From Eledone cirrhosa (lineage: Eukaryota), in NCBI GenBank assembly GCA_964016885.1, contig OZ024765.1:16120001-16184000 (forward strand): 64,000 nt of DNA. Direction: 5' to 3'. A program made the position numbers and the translations under genes. The notes under the pieces are model-generated. The model did not search any database, was not told the origin of the DNA, and was given only the letters and a program-made list of their open reading frames with translations. Below, piece by piece: positions 51,820 through 64,000 of this stretch (its first letter is position 1; each line of letters opens with the position of its first letter).

Positions 51820-54770
51820 GAGATGGTGGTGGTGGTGTTGGTGGTGGTGGTGGTGGTAGTGGTGGTGGCGGTGGTGTTGATGATGGTGGTTGTGGTGTTG
51901 GTGGTGGTGGTGGTGGTGATGATGTTGATGGTAGTGGTGATGGTGGTGGTGGTGGTGATGGTGTTGATGTTGATGGTATTTGTGGTGGTGTTGCTGGTAG
52001 TGGTGGCGGAGTTGGTTGTAGTGGTGGTGGTGGTGTTGGTGGTGGTGGTGTGGTGTTGATGGTAGTGGTGGTGGTGTTGCTGGTAGTGGTGGCGGTGTTG
52101 GTCGTAGTGGTGGTGGAGTAGGTGGGGATGATGTTGATGGTGGTGGTTGTGGTGTTGGTGGTGATGGTGGTGGTGGAGGTGATGGCGTTGATGTTGATGG
52201 TATTTGTGGTGGTGTTGCTGGTAGTGGTGGTGGTGATGATGTTGATGGTGGTGTTGGTGGTAATAGTGGTGGTGGAGGTGATGGTCTTGATGTTGATGGT
52301 ATTTGTGGTGGTGTTGCTGGTAGTGGTGGCGGTTCTGGTTGTAGTGGTGTTGGTGGTGGTGGTGATGATGTTGATGGTAGTGGTGGTGGTTGTGGTGTTG
52401 GTGGTGATGGTGGTAGTGGAGGAAATGGTGTTGATGGTATTTGTGGTGGTGGCGGTATTGGTCGTAGTGGTGGTGATGATGTTGATGGTAGTGGCGGTGG
52501 TTGTGGTGTTGGTGGTGATGGTGGTAGTGGAGGTGAGGTGTTGATGGTATTTGTGGTGGTGTTGCTGGTAGTGGTCGCGGTGCTGGTTGTAGTGGTGGTG
52601 GTGATGGTGGTGGTGGTGATGATGTCGATGGTGATGGTGGTGGTGGAGGAGATGGTGTTGATGTTGATGGTATTTGTGTGGTGGTGTTGTTGGTGGTCGT
52701 GGCGGTGTTGGTGGTGGTGGTGATGGTGATGATGTTGATGGTAGTGGTGTTGGTGGTGATGGTGGTGGTGATGGTGTTGATGTTGATGGTATTTGTGGTG
52801 GTGTTGCTGGTGGTTGTGGCGGTGCTGGTTGTAGTGGTGGTGGTGTTGATGATGTTGATGGTAGTGGTGTTGGTGGTGATGGTGGTGGTGATGGTGTTGA
52901 TGTTGATGGTATTTGTGGTGGTGTTGCTGCTGGTTGTGGCGGTGCTGGTCGTAGTGGTGGTGGTGTTGATGGTGATGATGTCGATGGTAGTGGTGGTGGT
53001 GGTGATGGTGGTGGTGTTGGTGTTGATGCTATTTGTGGTGGTGTTGCTGGTAGTGGTGGCGGCGCTGGTTGTAGTGGTGGTGGTGGTGATGATGTTGATG
53101 GTAGTGGTGGTGTTGATGGTGGTGGTGGTGGTGGAGGTGAAGGTGTTGATGTTGATGGTATTTGTGCTGGCGGTGCTGGTAGTGGTGGCGGTGCTGGTTG
53201 TAGTGGTGGTGGTGTTGGTGGTGGTGGTGGTGATGATGTTGATGATAGTGCTGGTGGTGTTGGTGGTGGTGGTGATGATGTTGATGGTAGTGGTGGTGTT
53301 GGTGGTGATGGTGGTGGTGGAGGTGATGGTGTAGACGTTGATGGTATTTGTGCTGGCGGTGCTGGTAGTGGTGGCGGTGCTGGTTGTAGTGGTGGTGGTG
53401 TTGGTGGTGGTGGTGATGATGTTGATGATAGTGCTGGTGGTGGTGGTGGTGGTGGTGGTGATGGTGTTGATGTTGATGGTATTTGTGGTTGTGGCGGTGC
53501 TGGTCGTAGTGGTGGTGGTGTTGATGGTGGTGGTGATGGTGGTGGTGATGATGTCAATGGTGATGGTGGAGGTGATGGTGTTGATGGTGATGGTATTTGT
53601 GGTGGTGTAGTTAGTGGTGATGTTTGTGGAGCTGGTGGTGGCCATCGTTGTCATGGTCGCAGTGGTGGTGTTTGTGGTGATGGTGGTGCGACTGGTTTTA
53701 ATGGTTGTGGCGGTGATGTTGGTAGTGTTGGCGCTGGTGGTCTTTGCGGTGGCGGTAGTGGTGGTGTTGGTTGTGGGGCTTTCGGCTGTGGTGGTGGAGG
53801 TGGTGGTTTTGGTTTTAGTGGTGTTGGTGGTGGTGTTGGTGTCATTGATGAAAGATTTGGTTTTAGTGTGGTTTTAGTGGTGGTGGTGGTGGTTTTAGTG
53901 GTGGTGGTGGTGGTGGTGGTCTTTGCGGTGGCGGTAGTGGTGGTGTTGGTTGTGGTGCTTTCAGCTGTGGTGGTGGAGGTGGTGGCTTTGGTTTTATTGG
54001 TGTTGGTGGTGGTGTTGGTGTCATTGATGAAAGATTTGGTTTTAGTGTGGTTTTAGTGGTGGTGGTGGTGGTTTTAGTGGTGGTGTGGTGGTCTTTGCGG
54101 TGGCGGTAGTGGTGGTGTTGGTTGTGGTGCTTTCGGCTGCCGTGGCGGTGGTGGTGGTGTTGGTGTCATTGATGAAAGCTTTGGTTTTAGTGTGGTTTTA
54201 GTGGTGGTGGTGGAGGTAGTTTTGGTGGTGGTGGTGGAGGGGGTGGGGATTTATGATAGCGTTGGTGGTGGCTGTGGTTTTAGTGGTGGTGGTGGTTTTA
54301 GTGGTGGTGGTGGTGGTGTCATTGATGAAAGCTTTGGTTTTAGTGTGGTTTTAGTGGTGGTGGTGGAGGTAGTTTTGGTGGTGGTGGTGGAGGGGGGGAT
54401 TTATGATAGCGTTGGTGGTGGCTGTGGTTTTAGTGGTGGTGGTGGTGTTGGTGGAGAGGGTGGCGGTGGTGGTGGTGGTGGTGGTGGTGGCATTGATGAT
54501 AGCGTTGGTGGTGGCTGTGGTTTTAGTGGTGGTGGTGGCGTTGATGTCATTGATGAAAGCTTTGGTTTTAGTGTGGTTTTAGTGGTGGTGGAGAGGGTGG
54601 CGGTGGTGGTGGTGTTTGTGTCATTGATGAAAGCTTTGGTTTAAGTGTGGTTTTAGTGGTGGTGGTGGTGGTGCTGGGGGCTTTGATGATAGCGTTGGTG
54701 ATGGTGGTGGTGGTGGTTTTAGTGGCGTTGGTGTTGGTGGCGACAGTGGTTTCGGTGGTGGTGTTGCTAC
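51820..54770. repeat. (GGT/GAT)n-based degenerate minisatellite
   Basis: Anchors GTTGATGGTATTTGTG and GTCATTGATGAAAG recur. Confidence 0.95.
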
Positions 54771-54947
54771 TGCTATGTGATTTGATAGATAGGGCAATAG
54801 ATCCGTGTATCACACAACGGGAGTGTTTCAGAGCTGTCATATCTCAAGCATGACATTAATATAGCGAGGTGATATTATCACAAAAGCCTGTCTTGTTGTG
54901 TGAGAGAGAGGGCGGTTGTATTTCTGAGAGTGATTATATACATTCAA

Positions 54948-55009
<62 letters not shown>

Positions 55010-55056
55010 ATATATATATATGTATATATATGTATATATATGTATATGTATATATG

Positions 55057-55107
<51 letters not shown>

Positions 55108-55126
55108 GTATATATATACATATACA

Positions 55127-55158
<32 letters not shown>

Positions 55159-55221
55159 CGTCCATATATATATGTATATATATAGATACATATACATGCA
55201 TATATATATATATATATACGT

Positions 55222-55349
<128 letters not shown>

Positions 55350-55432
55350 GCATTAATATATATATATATATATATATACATATACATAAATATAAATACA
55401 TATAAATATACCTATACATGCATACTATTTCA

Positions 55433-55478
<46 letters not shown>

Positions 55479-56143
55479 CATATACATAAATATAAATACA
55501 TACAAATATACCTATACATGCATACTATATCATATGTGTGTGTATATATATATATATATATATAAATATATACATATCAAAATATCCTTAGATATATGTC
55601 TACAAACACACAAACACACTCACATACATACACACACACACGCATACACACATACACACACATGCATACACACACACACGCATACACACATACATACATA
55701 CCTATACACACACACGCATACACACAGACGCATGCGCACACAGTGATGATGGCGTCTTCCTTCCAGTCCCTCCCGAAGGACAGAAATATGAATTTAGACA
55801 CAAATATAAATAGGCTTTCAAACGCTGTGCTTTTGTAAGATAACTTACAAAATTTAAGCTTCTCTGCTTGCTGGTCATCAAAGAGGCAGAGCTTGAGTTT
55901 TCTTAAGAACAGCCGCCATACTTGTATTAAAAGATCTAAGTAAAACTGCTTGCTCATAAGTATTACGAAGAGATAGGATGCGAGATATTGATAGGTGTGT
56001 AGTGTATAATAGAGAGGAGGGGTGGAGAGATAAGGTGCAGGAGAGAGAGGTGGAGGGAGGAGGAAGTTAGGAGGGGGAGAAGGAGTGACTCGGAGAGAAA
56101 GAGAGTGACTTGAAGTTTAAAGGATGTATACCTATATATAATA

Positions 56144-56199
<56 letters not shown>

Positions 56200-56239
56200 G
56201 ACTAAAATATGTTATTTAATCTGTTATTTTAATAAATAA

Positions 56240-56280
<41 letters not shown>

Positions 56281-56281
<1 letters not shown>

Positions 56282-56406
56282 CAAAGGAATTGTGGTAAGG
56301 AACCAGATGGACCATAGCGCACGAGAGTACTCAATACTTAGGTTAGTGAGGCCAGAAATAGCCGTCGAAACGGCTTGAGGTCTGCCGTCGAGGTCATACT
56401 TCTTCC
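56281..56406 (+). mobile_element. Internally deleted copy of the 28805-28968 family
   Basis: Collinear similarity in opposite orientation; (TA)n on both sides. Confidence 0.7.
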
Positions 56407-56746
56407 TATATATAAATATATATATATATATAAATATATATATTTCACTGCTTTACGATCGTTTCTATGTGATGATAATACATCGTAACTATACCTCGTT
56501 ATCGATACATATTCACTTATATATTTATAAACAAATACACACACATATGTATACATATATAAATAAATATATATATATATATATATATATACACTTATTA
56601 TTCAGAATATTCATACATGATGACATTCAATGACTGTAGAGTGCTTTTAATCTATTGTAAAACTATATCCATTGAGTAATCAATGAACCATATTAATCTT
56701 TGGTTATATATACACTTATATATTTATAAACACATACCCACACATA

Positions 56747-56791
<45 letters not shown>

Positions 56792-56854
56792 CTAAAGTTA
56801 CCCGGCACCCGAAATTGTAGCTTGAAAATATATAAATCTAGTATATATATGCGA

Positions 56855-56901
<47 letters not shown>

Positions 56902-57080
56902 GATAAATATATAGGTCTATATATAAATACGTATATAGGTCTATATATATGTGCGTTTATATATATATATATATGTATATATGTAAATATTTATTCATAT
57001 ATATATATGTCGGTGTATATATACATATATATGTACATATATATACATATATATATATATGTGTATACATATATATATAT

Positions 57081-57160
<80 letters not shown>

Positions 57161-57176
57161 ATACATATATATATAT

Positions 57177-57247
<71 letters not shown>

Positions 57248-57622
57248 TATGTATGTATATGTGTAATTTCAATTCATTTCATGGTAATTAACTTTCATTT
57301 CCAACATGTCTAATTAGATAATCATATATTGTCTTTTTACACCTCCTTTTTTTCTCATGTCTGATGCAACACACACAGACCCATACACACACACACACAC
57401 ATATATATATAAATATATATATATATATAATATATATATATGTATATATATATATGTATATATATGTATATATATATATGTATATATATGTATATATATA
57501 TATGTATATATATGTATATATATGTATATATATATATGTATATATATATGTATATATATATGTATATATATATGTATATATATATGTATATATATATGTA
57601 TATATATATGTATATATATATG

Positions 57623-57681
<59 letters not shown>

Positions 57682-57744
57682 GTATATATATATATACAAA
57701 GTGCGTGTTTGTGTAGAAGAGTGTGCCGATGTAAACATTTATCT

Positions 57745-57799
<55 letters not shown>

Positions 57800-57822
<23 letters not shown>

Positions 57823-58054
57823 TTAAATATATATATATATAAATATTAAATATATATATATATAAATATTATATATATATATATGTATATATAAATACTA
57901 TATATATATATATATAAATACTATATATATATATATATAAATACTATATATATATATATATAAATACTATATATATATATATATATATAAATACTATATT
58001 TATATATATAAATACTATATATTTATATATAAATACTATATATTTATATATAAA

Positions 58055-58108
<54 letters not shown>

Positions 58109-58238
58109 CGAGAGAGCGAGAGAGAGAGTGAGAGAGAGGGAGAGAGAAATAGATATATTATATTTATTCCCGCATACCTATCTACTCATAGACGTAGACT
58201 CACACACACACACACAACACACACACACACACACACAT

Positions 58239-58279
<41 letters not shown>

Positions 58280-58484
58280 TTAAATATATATATATATAAA
58301 TATTATATATATATATATGTATATATAAATACTATATATATATATATATAAATACTATATATATATATATATAAATACTATATATATATATATATAAATA
58401 CTATATATATATATATATAAATACTATATATATATATATAAATACTATATTTATATATATAAATACTATATATTTATATATAAA

Positions 58485-58542
<58 letters not shown>

Positions 58543-58641
58543 CGAGAGAAAGAGTGAGAGAGAGAGAGAGAGAAATATATATATTATATTTATTCCCGCA
58601 TACCTATCTACTCATAGACGTAGACTCACACACACACACAC

Positions 58642-58709
<68 letters not shown>

Positions 58710-58923
58710 TTAAATATATATATATATAAATATTATATATATATATATGTATATATAAATACTATATATATATATATATAAATACGATATATATATATAT
58801 ATAAATACTATATATATATATATATAAATACTATATATATATATATATAAATACTATATATATATATATATATATAAATACTATATTTATATATATAAAT
58901 ACTATATATTTATATATAAATAC

Positions 58924-58964
<41 letters not shown>

Positions 58965-59086
58965 CGAGAGAGCGAGAGAGAGAGAGAGAGTGAGAGAGAG
59001 AGAAATAGATATATTATATTTATTCCCGCATACCTATCTACTCATAGACGTAGACTCACACACACACAACACACACACACACACAT

Positions 59087-59140
<54 letters not shown>
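57800..59140. repeat. ~430-bp tandem triplication of a compound microsatellite block
   Basis: TATTCCCGCATACCTATCTACTCATAGACGTAGACTCAC occurs three times (~58165, 58591, 59021). Confidence 0.93.
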
Positions 59141-59143
<3 letters not shown>

Positions 59144-59424
59144 TGCCATTGTGTGTGTGTGTGTATAAACATATATATATTAATTTATATTTAATAGTTT
59201 TTTTTTTCTGATTAGTGAAAGCAGTAGGTTATTAGAGATAATTATCTTATTACATGTAAAATATAAATATATATGTCTTCATTACAAGAGACTGAATATA
59301 ACTGAGAAAATTACTTTCAACATTTAGAGTCATGACAAGAAATTAAACGTAATAACAACATCTACAGCAATACCAACTATAATAATAAATGTTTCTCATT
59401 TTGGCACAAGGCCAGCAATTATCC

Positions 59425-60790
59425 CAGTGTCGCTGTGGATCCACCGTCGACCGTTTCGGTCTCCACCCGCCTTCCTGTCGCTACAGTTCCGGCCGTCTTG
59501 CAAGCCATGCTGTCCTCTTCGAGGTCATAAAACATGGATTGGATACTGCCAGTTTCCCCTCCCCAACTAGAGCCCGCTTTCCTGTCCCTACAGTGCCGGG
59601 CCGCCTTCGACGCTATGTTGCGCTATACGAGGTCATAAAACATGGATTGGATACTGCCAGTTTCCCCTCCCCAACTAGAGCCCGCTTTCCTGTCCCTACA
59701 GTGCCGGGCCGCCTTCCACCCTATGTTGCCCTATACGAGGTCATAAAACATGGATTGGATACTGCCAGTTTCCCCTCCCAACTAGAGCCGGCTTTCCCGT
59801 CCCTACAGTGCCGGGCCGCCTTCCACGCTATGTTGCCCTATACGAGGTCATAAAACATGGATTGGATACTGCCAGTTTCCCCTCCCAACTAGAGCCGGCT
59901 TTCCCGTCCCTACAGTGCCGGCCGCCTTCCACGCTATGTTGCCCTATACGAGGTCATAAAACATGGATTGGATACTGCCAGTTTCCCCTCCCAACTAGAG
60001 CCGGCTTTCCCGTCCCTACAGTGCCGGCCGCCTTCCACGCTATGTTGCCCTATACGAGGTCAGAAAACATGGATTGGATACTTCCAGTTTCCCCTCCCAA
60101 CTAGAGCCCGCTTTCCTGTCGCCTTAGAGCCGACCGCCTTCCATGCTATGCTGCCCTATACGAGGTCATAAATCATGGCTTGGATACTGCGGGCTTCCCC
60201 TCCCAGCTAGAGCCCGCTTTCCTGTCGCTACAGTGGCGGCCGCCTTCCACGCTATGCGGCCCTCTACGAGTTCATAAATCATGGCTTGGATGCTGCAGGC
60301 TTCCCCTCCTAGCTGGAGCCGGTGGTGCTGCACGAATGGACGGCAAAAGGCCTGTTGGTATGACCATCTTCCCGTTCAGCGGTCGTAAACCCCTCGTGTG
60401 GTATGCCACTTATAGCGACACTTTCTCCGGCCGCAACCTGGTGCTGTCTGTGATTAACCCAGGTTCTGATGCACTTCGGGCTGAGGAGAGCAAACTCTCT
60501 AAATACCGGTCGCTCTCCGACAGGTTTGTGGTCATTTCCTTGGCAGTGGAGACTTCTGCTCTCCTTGACACTAGGGCTACCTCCCTACTCACTACCATAG
60601 GCGCTGAGCTGGCCAGCAGCAATTGTCAACATTGCGAGATGGAATGGCTTTTCCAACGCATCTCTCTTACCATCCTCCGGGGAAACGCCTTCTCCATTCT
60701 GTCCGCCGGGGCTATCGGGCGGCCAGCTAATGGGACCCCATTTGCTCACTATAGTAAGAGATGGGGAGGGCGAGCGAGATGGGGGAGATG
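59425..60790 (+). pseudogene. CRE-clade non-LTR retrotransposon C-terminus (CCHC knuckle plus restriction-like endonuclease), disrupted by an internal tandem array
   Basis: CRCGSTVDRFGLHPPSC; PSQLEP; DGKRPVGMTIFPF..G..LVWYAT; AEESKLSKY; AVET; WLFQRISLTILRGNA; catalytic RPDG and WDAT aspartates are substituted. Confidence 0.88.
59467..60320. repeat. 106-108-bp minisatellite (8 anchors) derived from CRE coding sequence
   Basis: GAG(G/T)TCA anchor at 59521, 59629, 59737, 59844, 59950, 60056, 60162, 60268. Confidence 0.95.
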
Positions 60791-60949
60791 ACAGTGGGAG
60801 TTCGGCTCATCCGTGGTCGGACACATTTAACCTGTCAAGAGCATATAGTTTATTGAGTCTCGAACAGAACACACGTAGAACGAGATGAAACTGATATTTT
60901 GAATTAGAATCAGAAGCCAAGTATATTTTAGAGAACGATCTCCAATTTA

Positions 60950-61855
60950 TAAACTTTATTGATCCCGTAAGGATGAACAGTAAAGCTAACCTCAGTAAGA
61001 TGGCAAATCTAAATAATAATTGTTTCTATTTTTGGTACAATGCCAGCAAATACCCAGTACATTACTGGTACTTTGTTTTATCGACCCCGTAAGGATGAAA
61101 TGCAAAGTTAACCTCGGCGGGATTTGAACTCAGATCGTAAAAGGACATAACTATGTTGGAAAGCATGTCCGACCCTCTACCAATTCTGCCAAATAATAAT
61201 AATAATAACAATAACTGTTTCTACTATAGGCACAAGGCCCGCAATTTGGCTGCAGGGTAAAGTTGATTGAATCGACCCCAGTGCGTTACTGGTACCTTAT
61301 TTTCGCGACCCCGTAAGCGTGAAAGGCGAAGCTAAACTCACATGGATTTGAACTCATAACGTAAAGCGATATAGTTATATGCCGCAATGTATAGCGTCTG
61401 ACGCTCTACCAATACTGCCAGTCTATCGCCTTATAATAATAATAATAGTAATAATAATTGTCTCTACTTTAGGCACAAGGCCAGCAAATGCCCAGTACAT
61501 TACTGGTACTTTATTTTATCGACCCTGTAAGGATGAAAGGCAAAGTTAACCTCGGCGGGATTTGAACTCAGAATGACAAGGGCCGTAACTCTATGCGTCA
61601 AATCATGGTGTCCGACCCTATAATAATAATAATAATAATGGTTTCAAATTTAGTCACAAGTCCAGCAACCTTAGGGGAGGGGAAAGTCGATTAAATTGAC
61701 ACCAGTACATTACTGCTATTTTAATTAAGGATGGAAGGCAAAGTTAACCTCGGCGGGATTTGTTCTGAGTTCAAATACTGCCGAAGTTAGCTTCACCTGC
61801 CATCCTCAAGGGGTTGATAAAATAAGGCACTGGTGATGCACCGCGGTCGATTTAA
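60950..61855 (-). mobile_element. Cluster of ~5 minus-strand tRNA-SINEs ending in one inverted plus-strand fragment
   Basis: Repeated SINE bodies separated by (AAT)n; orientation flips at ~61762. Confidence 0.9.
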
Positions 61856-62049
61856 TAATAATAATGGAGAAACGGCGCCACTATTTTGTCTGCTGAGGCC
61901 GAGGTGTGGCCAGGGCGTGGGCCCACATTTGCTCACAATAGGGTCAGCTGGGGAGATCATCAGGAGAGACGGACGCAATGACTGTGGGAGTTTGGTTCCT
62001 CTGTGCTTGGACCTGGCGTATATGTATATATTTATTTACCATAGAACTT

Positions 62050-62810
62050 TATCCCAAAGCTTAACGGACGATACACATTTAAAGCCATTAAAACACGGGC
62101 GCTATCTCTGGTGAGATTCTGAGCTCGGATTTTTGGCTTGAATGTCGAAGAACTGGAAAACATGGACCGAAAAACATGAAAGCTTCCAATGAGATATTGA
62201 TATCTTCATCCAAGCAAAGACTATTATAGGTTACACGCCAAGGAAAAACGAATGTATAGATTTGACATATTATAGAAGATGTATATGGACAGGAGAAACC
62301 AATGGTATATAAACCTTGTCACGGAACCTTTACCGTTGGAAGTGAGAATGTCAGATTTGGTTAATATTGATATTTTCAAAGACAAAGTCCAATCCAAAAG
62401 AGAGAAGAATGCTGAAGCTGTGAAAAATTCTTGTACATAGACGTTGAAACTGGAATGGTAAAGAGTTGGTTATGGATGCACAAGAGTTATTTGAAACCAG
62501 GATCAGAAGTCATTGTCAGTATTTCTCAAGAAGAGGTCCTTACTGCAAACTACATTAAAACGATAACAAATCAGAAGGGGTTAAATATTGAATATATGAG
62601 TAAAACTCTAAGAAGCGCATCACTACAACATTGACAGGACTAGCCAAAAATGGTTAGGATCAGTGACAGGGTGTTGTGTGAAAAGTAAGGTCTTGATAGA
62701 TGAGATAAATGATATGAACTGTAACTAGATGTCAATGTGGGGAATGATTTTATTAAATTTTCGTGAGTTTACATGATCCCATGTGAAGTGGGAGACAGGA
62801 GGCATCTCTA
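62050..62810 (+). pseudogene. Decayed R4/Dong-clade retrotransposon (RT thumb to start of endonuclease)
   Basis: KLNGRYTFKAIKTRALSLVRF*ARIFGLNVEELENMDRKT*KL; LHPSKDYYRL; SWLWMHKSYLKPGSEVIVSISQEEVLTANYIK; stops and frameshifts present. Confidence 0.8.
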
Positions 62811-63029
62811 TATTTTAATGAGCCGTCATTAAAAATGATTTATCCATAGCATTTGTACGTATGCTTCTCTTTCTCCCTCCACCCCTTCTCTCTCACACTC
62901 CACCCCTTCTCTCTCTCCCTCCACCACTTCTCTCTCTCACTCTCATTGGATTTTAGTATAAGGTAATTTGGGGAGACAGGACACATGTCATACATAATCT
63001 CAATCATGACATCCATAACTTTGAAGTTA

Positions 63030-63078
<49 letters not shown>

Positions 63079-63351
63079 GTTGCGAGGTAAATTAGGCTTA
63101 GAAAAGGAATGAGAATAAGAATAAAGCAAGAACAGGGGTTGTCCTTTTCCTCATCAGTTGTCTACTGGTGGTTTCGGATATTTCAATGCTTTAAAGACAA
63201 TATATCTACCCCCATACATACATACACGTATGTATAACCAAATGAAAGTACATATGTATATACAGAGAGAGAAAGAGCCATATATTGTTTAAGGAAGACA
63301 GTACATTATAGATTATGTATTGGGTATATATAATATACTCTCCCATTATAT

Positions 63352-63404
<53 letters not shown>

Positions 63405-63406
<2 letters not shown>

Positions 63407-63589
63407 GTTTCTACTTTAGGCACAAGGCCAGCAATTAACCAGTGCATTACTGGTACTTTATTTTATCGACCCCGTAAGGATGAAAGGCAAAGTCAACCTC
63501 GGCGGGATTTGAACTCAGATCGTAAAGGGACGTAACTATGCTGGAAAGCATGGCGTCCGACACTCTACCGATACTGCCAATCCACCGCA
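63405..63589 (-). mobile_element. Full-length tRNA-SINE (short variant)
   Basis: A box TGGCAGTATCGG, B box GAGTTCAAATCCC; close match to 22238-22422. Confidence 0.93.
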
Positions 63590-63659
63590 TATATAATATA
63601 TATATATATATATATATAATATATATATATATATGATATATATATAATATATATATATA

Positions 63660-64000
63660 TAGAAAAGCTTCTACAGGACTAGAACTGGTTCATTCGTTAG
63701 AAATCCTCATGAGCTTCGTGATGATTTCTCACGAATAAAACAGTTCTAGTGCTGTAGAAGCTTTTCTATTTTAAATATTTATAATCTGCGTTGTATTGAG
63801 TATCTTACTTACTGTGGTTAACCCCGATTGAACCCGGGATAAACTTATATATATATATATACGTTATTCTGGGTTGAATCGGAGGTAACCACAGTAAGTA
63901 AAGTACTCAATACATAGCAGAGTATAACAGTTTTAATATAGATGAGATTCTACAGGACTAGAACTCTTTCATTCTTTAGAAATCATCAGGAATCTGAGCC
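63660..64000. mobile_element. Nested fold-back element with degenerate HHR-like cores
   Basis: Hairpin 63660-63768; 63720-63843 is inverted against 63863-63990 across (TA)n; CTGATGA-TTTCTAAAGAAT-GAAA-GAGTTC-TA on the minus strand, stem I not pairable. Confidence 0.6.

Noticed and set aside
51275-54056. Proline/threonine- and glycine-rich ORFs (extensin- or collagen-like)
   Set aside because: Degenerate (GGT)n array open in several frames on both strands; no signal peptide, splice structure or Gly-X-Y periodicity.
63135-63165. CTGATGAG on the minus strand as an HHR
   Set aside because: No stem II and no downstream GAAA-UH with a stem I partner.

Overview
AT-rich eukaryotic, repeat-dominated DNA with no confidently identifiable host gene. 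The tRNA-SINE and LINE repertoire looks like an octopod cephalopod genome (recognition from memory, not a database result). Nearly all ORFs in the supplied track are artefacts of (TA)n, (CA)n, (GGT)n, (CAT)n and minisatellite arrays. The recognisable coding remnants are all transposon relics: a Penelope-like GIY-YIG C-terminus, a Helitron PIF1 helicase, RTE, R4/Dong (two), CRE and a probable L1/Tx1 end. There is also a hAT-type MITE with an 8-bp TSD and many clustered tRNA-SINEs. The main signal is about 20 type I hammerhead ribozyme (HHR) motifs (CUGANGA...GAAA...UH with pairable stems), from at least 8 sequence families. They sit in short non-coding islands bounded by (TA)n tracts. These islands form either fold-back palindromes with the axis about 60-80 nt 5' of the ribozyme, or 1.3-1.5-mer direct repeats of ~0.5-kb monomers. 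This suggests a diverse set of non-autonomous Penelope-dependent / retrozyme-like elements, including unusual variants with very long stem II and a recurrent C10.1-A11.1 mismatch. All folds and coordinates were worked out by hand; ribozyme activity is untested.
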